Below, piece by piece: positions 21,078 to 22,387 of a stretch of 22,387 nt of DNA. The DNA is from an uncultured bacterium. Its GTDB lineage: Bacteria > Desulfobacterota_D > UBA1144 > Nemesobacterales > UBA2774. The stretch is taken from assembly GCA_963825135.1 (NCBI GenBank), contig CAWGRW010000013.1:1-22387 (forward strand), given 5' to 3'. Numbering within the stretch: the first letter of the stretch is position 1; each line of letters starts with the position of its first letter. Made by a program: the position numbers and the translations under genes. A model generated the notes under the pieces. The model was given only the letters and a program-made list of their open reading frames with translations. It ran no database searches and was not told the origin of the DNA.

Positions 21078-21671
21078 CTACGGCTGCTGATTGAGCTTCC
21101 GCCCCTCGACGCGCGGGTTTAACTTCACGCTGTAGTAGAGCACCGAGAGGATTGTGTTCACGTTCCCCTCCCTCGAGAGTCAGGAATATTTCGGTCTCGG
21201 GCGTTTTCCAGGAGGTCTGGAGCACCAGCTTCCCTTCCGTCACGGCCTTGCCGTACGCCTCGGGCTTTTCCTCCTGCTGACCCGGGCTCCAGGTCTTCCA
21301 GTCCTCCGCAGGCTTGCCGAATTGCCCGGCGAGGACGCCCTTTACCCTCTCGTAGTCCTTCACGTACTGCTCGAGGGTCCTCGTACTTGTTCGTCACGGC
21401 GTATCCGCCCAGGACAAGCTTGTCGTTCGTGAACAGGTATCCGATCTCCGCGTCGAGCCCCTCGTACTTCCCCCTGTAGCTAATGGCGAGGTCGTAGGGC
21501 GGCAGAGTTTGGTCTCGCTTACGGGTGTGCCGTTCTCCGTGAGCTTCACCTGCGCCGGGGTCATGCCCCAGCGGGTTTTCCTGAAGTCGTGGGTTTTGTT
21601 GTCCGCGCGGGATTCGGGGGCCAGGACGGTGAGTATTAGGCCGCGATCAGGGCGAGCGTGATAGGTTTCAT
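21078..21671 (-). CDS. Secreted hypothetical protein, 'WGM' family member 3; several frameshifts
   Basis: Reconstructed MKPITLALIAA..LTVLAPESRADNKTHDFRKTRWGMTPAQVK...YERVKGVLAGQFGKP...WKTPETEIFLTL...LSVLYYSVKLNPRVEGRKLNQQP*; GGAG RBS. Confidence 0.72.
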
Positions 21672-21764
21672 CGGCGTGTTCTCTCCCTCCGTAGAATTAT
21701 ACATGCAGATCGGGCAAAAGGCGGGGTTCCGCTCTGCTTTGCGGCATTCGATGCGGGAGAAAAG

Positions 21765-22387
21765 GCAAAGGAAGGTGGAAGGCTGCTTTTTCATCCTTCT
21801 TTTCCTTGATGAAAAGAAGCAAAAATCACACACGTAGTGTGGATTATGAAAACACCGTGCACCTAAAGTGGTCTATGAAAAGATAATGAAAAGACAAGAA
21901 AGGTGAAAGGACTTTTTTTAATCCTTCTTTTCCTTGATGAAAAGAAGCAAAAATCATCCGACTACAGAATTGTGCTAAAATTCTCATGTACTCGCTAAAT
22001 TTTCGATCCCGCCCCGGCCCACGTAAGATTTTTAACGCTCGTACAATCGATTTTCTTGACGCAAATTCTGTAATGTCGGTGACGTGTTTCGACTAGCTCA
22101 GCACGAACGGGTTTGGCTTCGCTTGTTCGTTGAGCTGAGGAGTTACGGAAGAATCGTATATGAGCACACATTGTGTGCCGCAAATTCTGTAATGTCGGGA
22201 AGGAAAAGACTTTCTTGCTTGATTGGAGTGTAATGTAAACCCCCCACCCTTAACCACATGCTCGACAAATCGGAGAGCATGGTCACAGTTGCTTAAGTGG
22301 CCAAAGGGTTCAAGCGTCCTACTTCTCGCTCGCTCGAAGCAGTTCCCCCTCCAGGGGGAGGGGAATATTTCGTCCTTCGACCATTCG
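21765..22387. repeat. Mosaic repeat block 7 (runs off window)
   Basis: Leader, element A 21924-22079, REP-like modules, and an insert at ~22256-22344 in module B. Confidence 0.88.

Noticed and set aside
644..21671. Mass pseudogenisation or programmed frameshifting
   Set aside because: About ten unrelated genes have single-base indels, several in homopolymers and some compensating, while catalytic motifs stay intact. Long-read error is the simpler explanation; short-read polishing would decide.
3980..22198. CRISPR array based on the recurring aattctgtaatgtcgg motif
   Set aside because: Spacing is irregular (~110 bp to kilobases), the intervening DNA is itself repetitive rather than unique spacers, and no cas genes are present.

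Overview
Accessory region with no housekeeping, rRNA/tRNA, cas, integrase or transposase genes. Coding content is mostly secreted or cell-envelope proteins: two arrays of IPTL-CTERM-tagged surface proteins (1-3085, 17941-20306), a DUF442/PTP-like protein, a lipoprotein, a collagen-like protein, two tandem DacB/peptidase S13 paralogs, three secreted 'WGM'-motif proteins, a haloalkane-dehalogenase-like hydrolase and a membrane-anchored hypothetical protein. Many CDSs carry single-base indels that look like long-read errors. The most notable feature is non-coding: seven 0.6-1.1 kb mosaic blocks, all in the same orientation, built from a ~157-bp hairpin element (8 copies) and several REP-like palindromes. 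Each of the six complete blocks lies just past the stop codon of a minus-strand gene. Seven ~90-nt inserts (6 distinct sequences) sit inside the host hairpins. They share a covarying terminal stem-loop, show no target-site duplication, and several contain a segment complementary to their own left flank, making them a candidate undescribed guided micro-mobile element. The IPTL-CTERM expansion is reminiscent of Ca. Dadabacteria (inference only).
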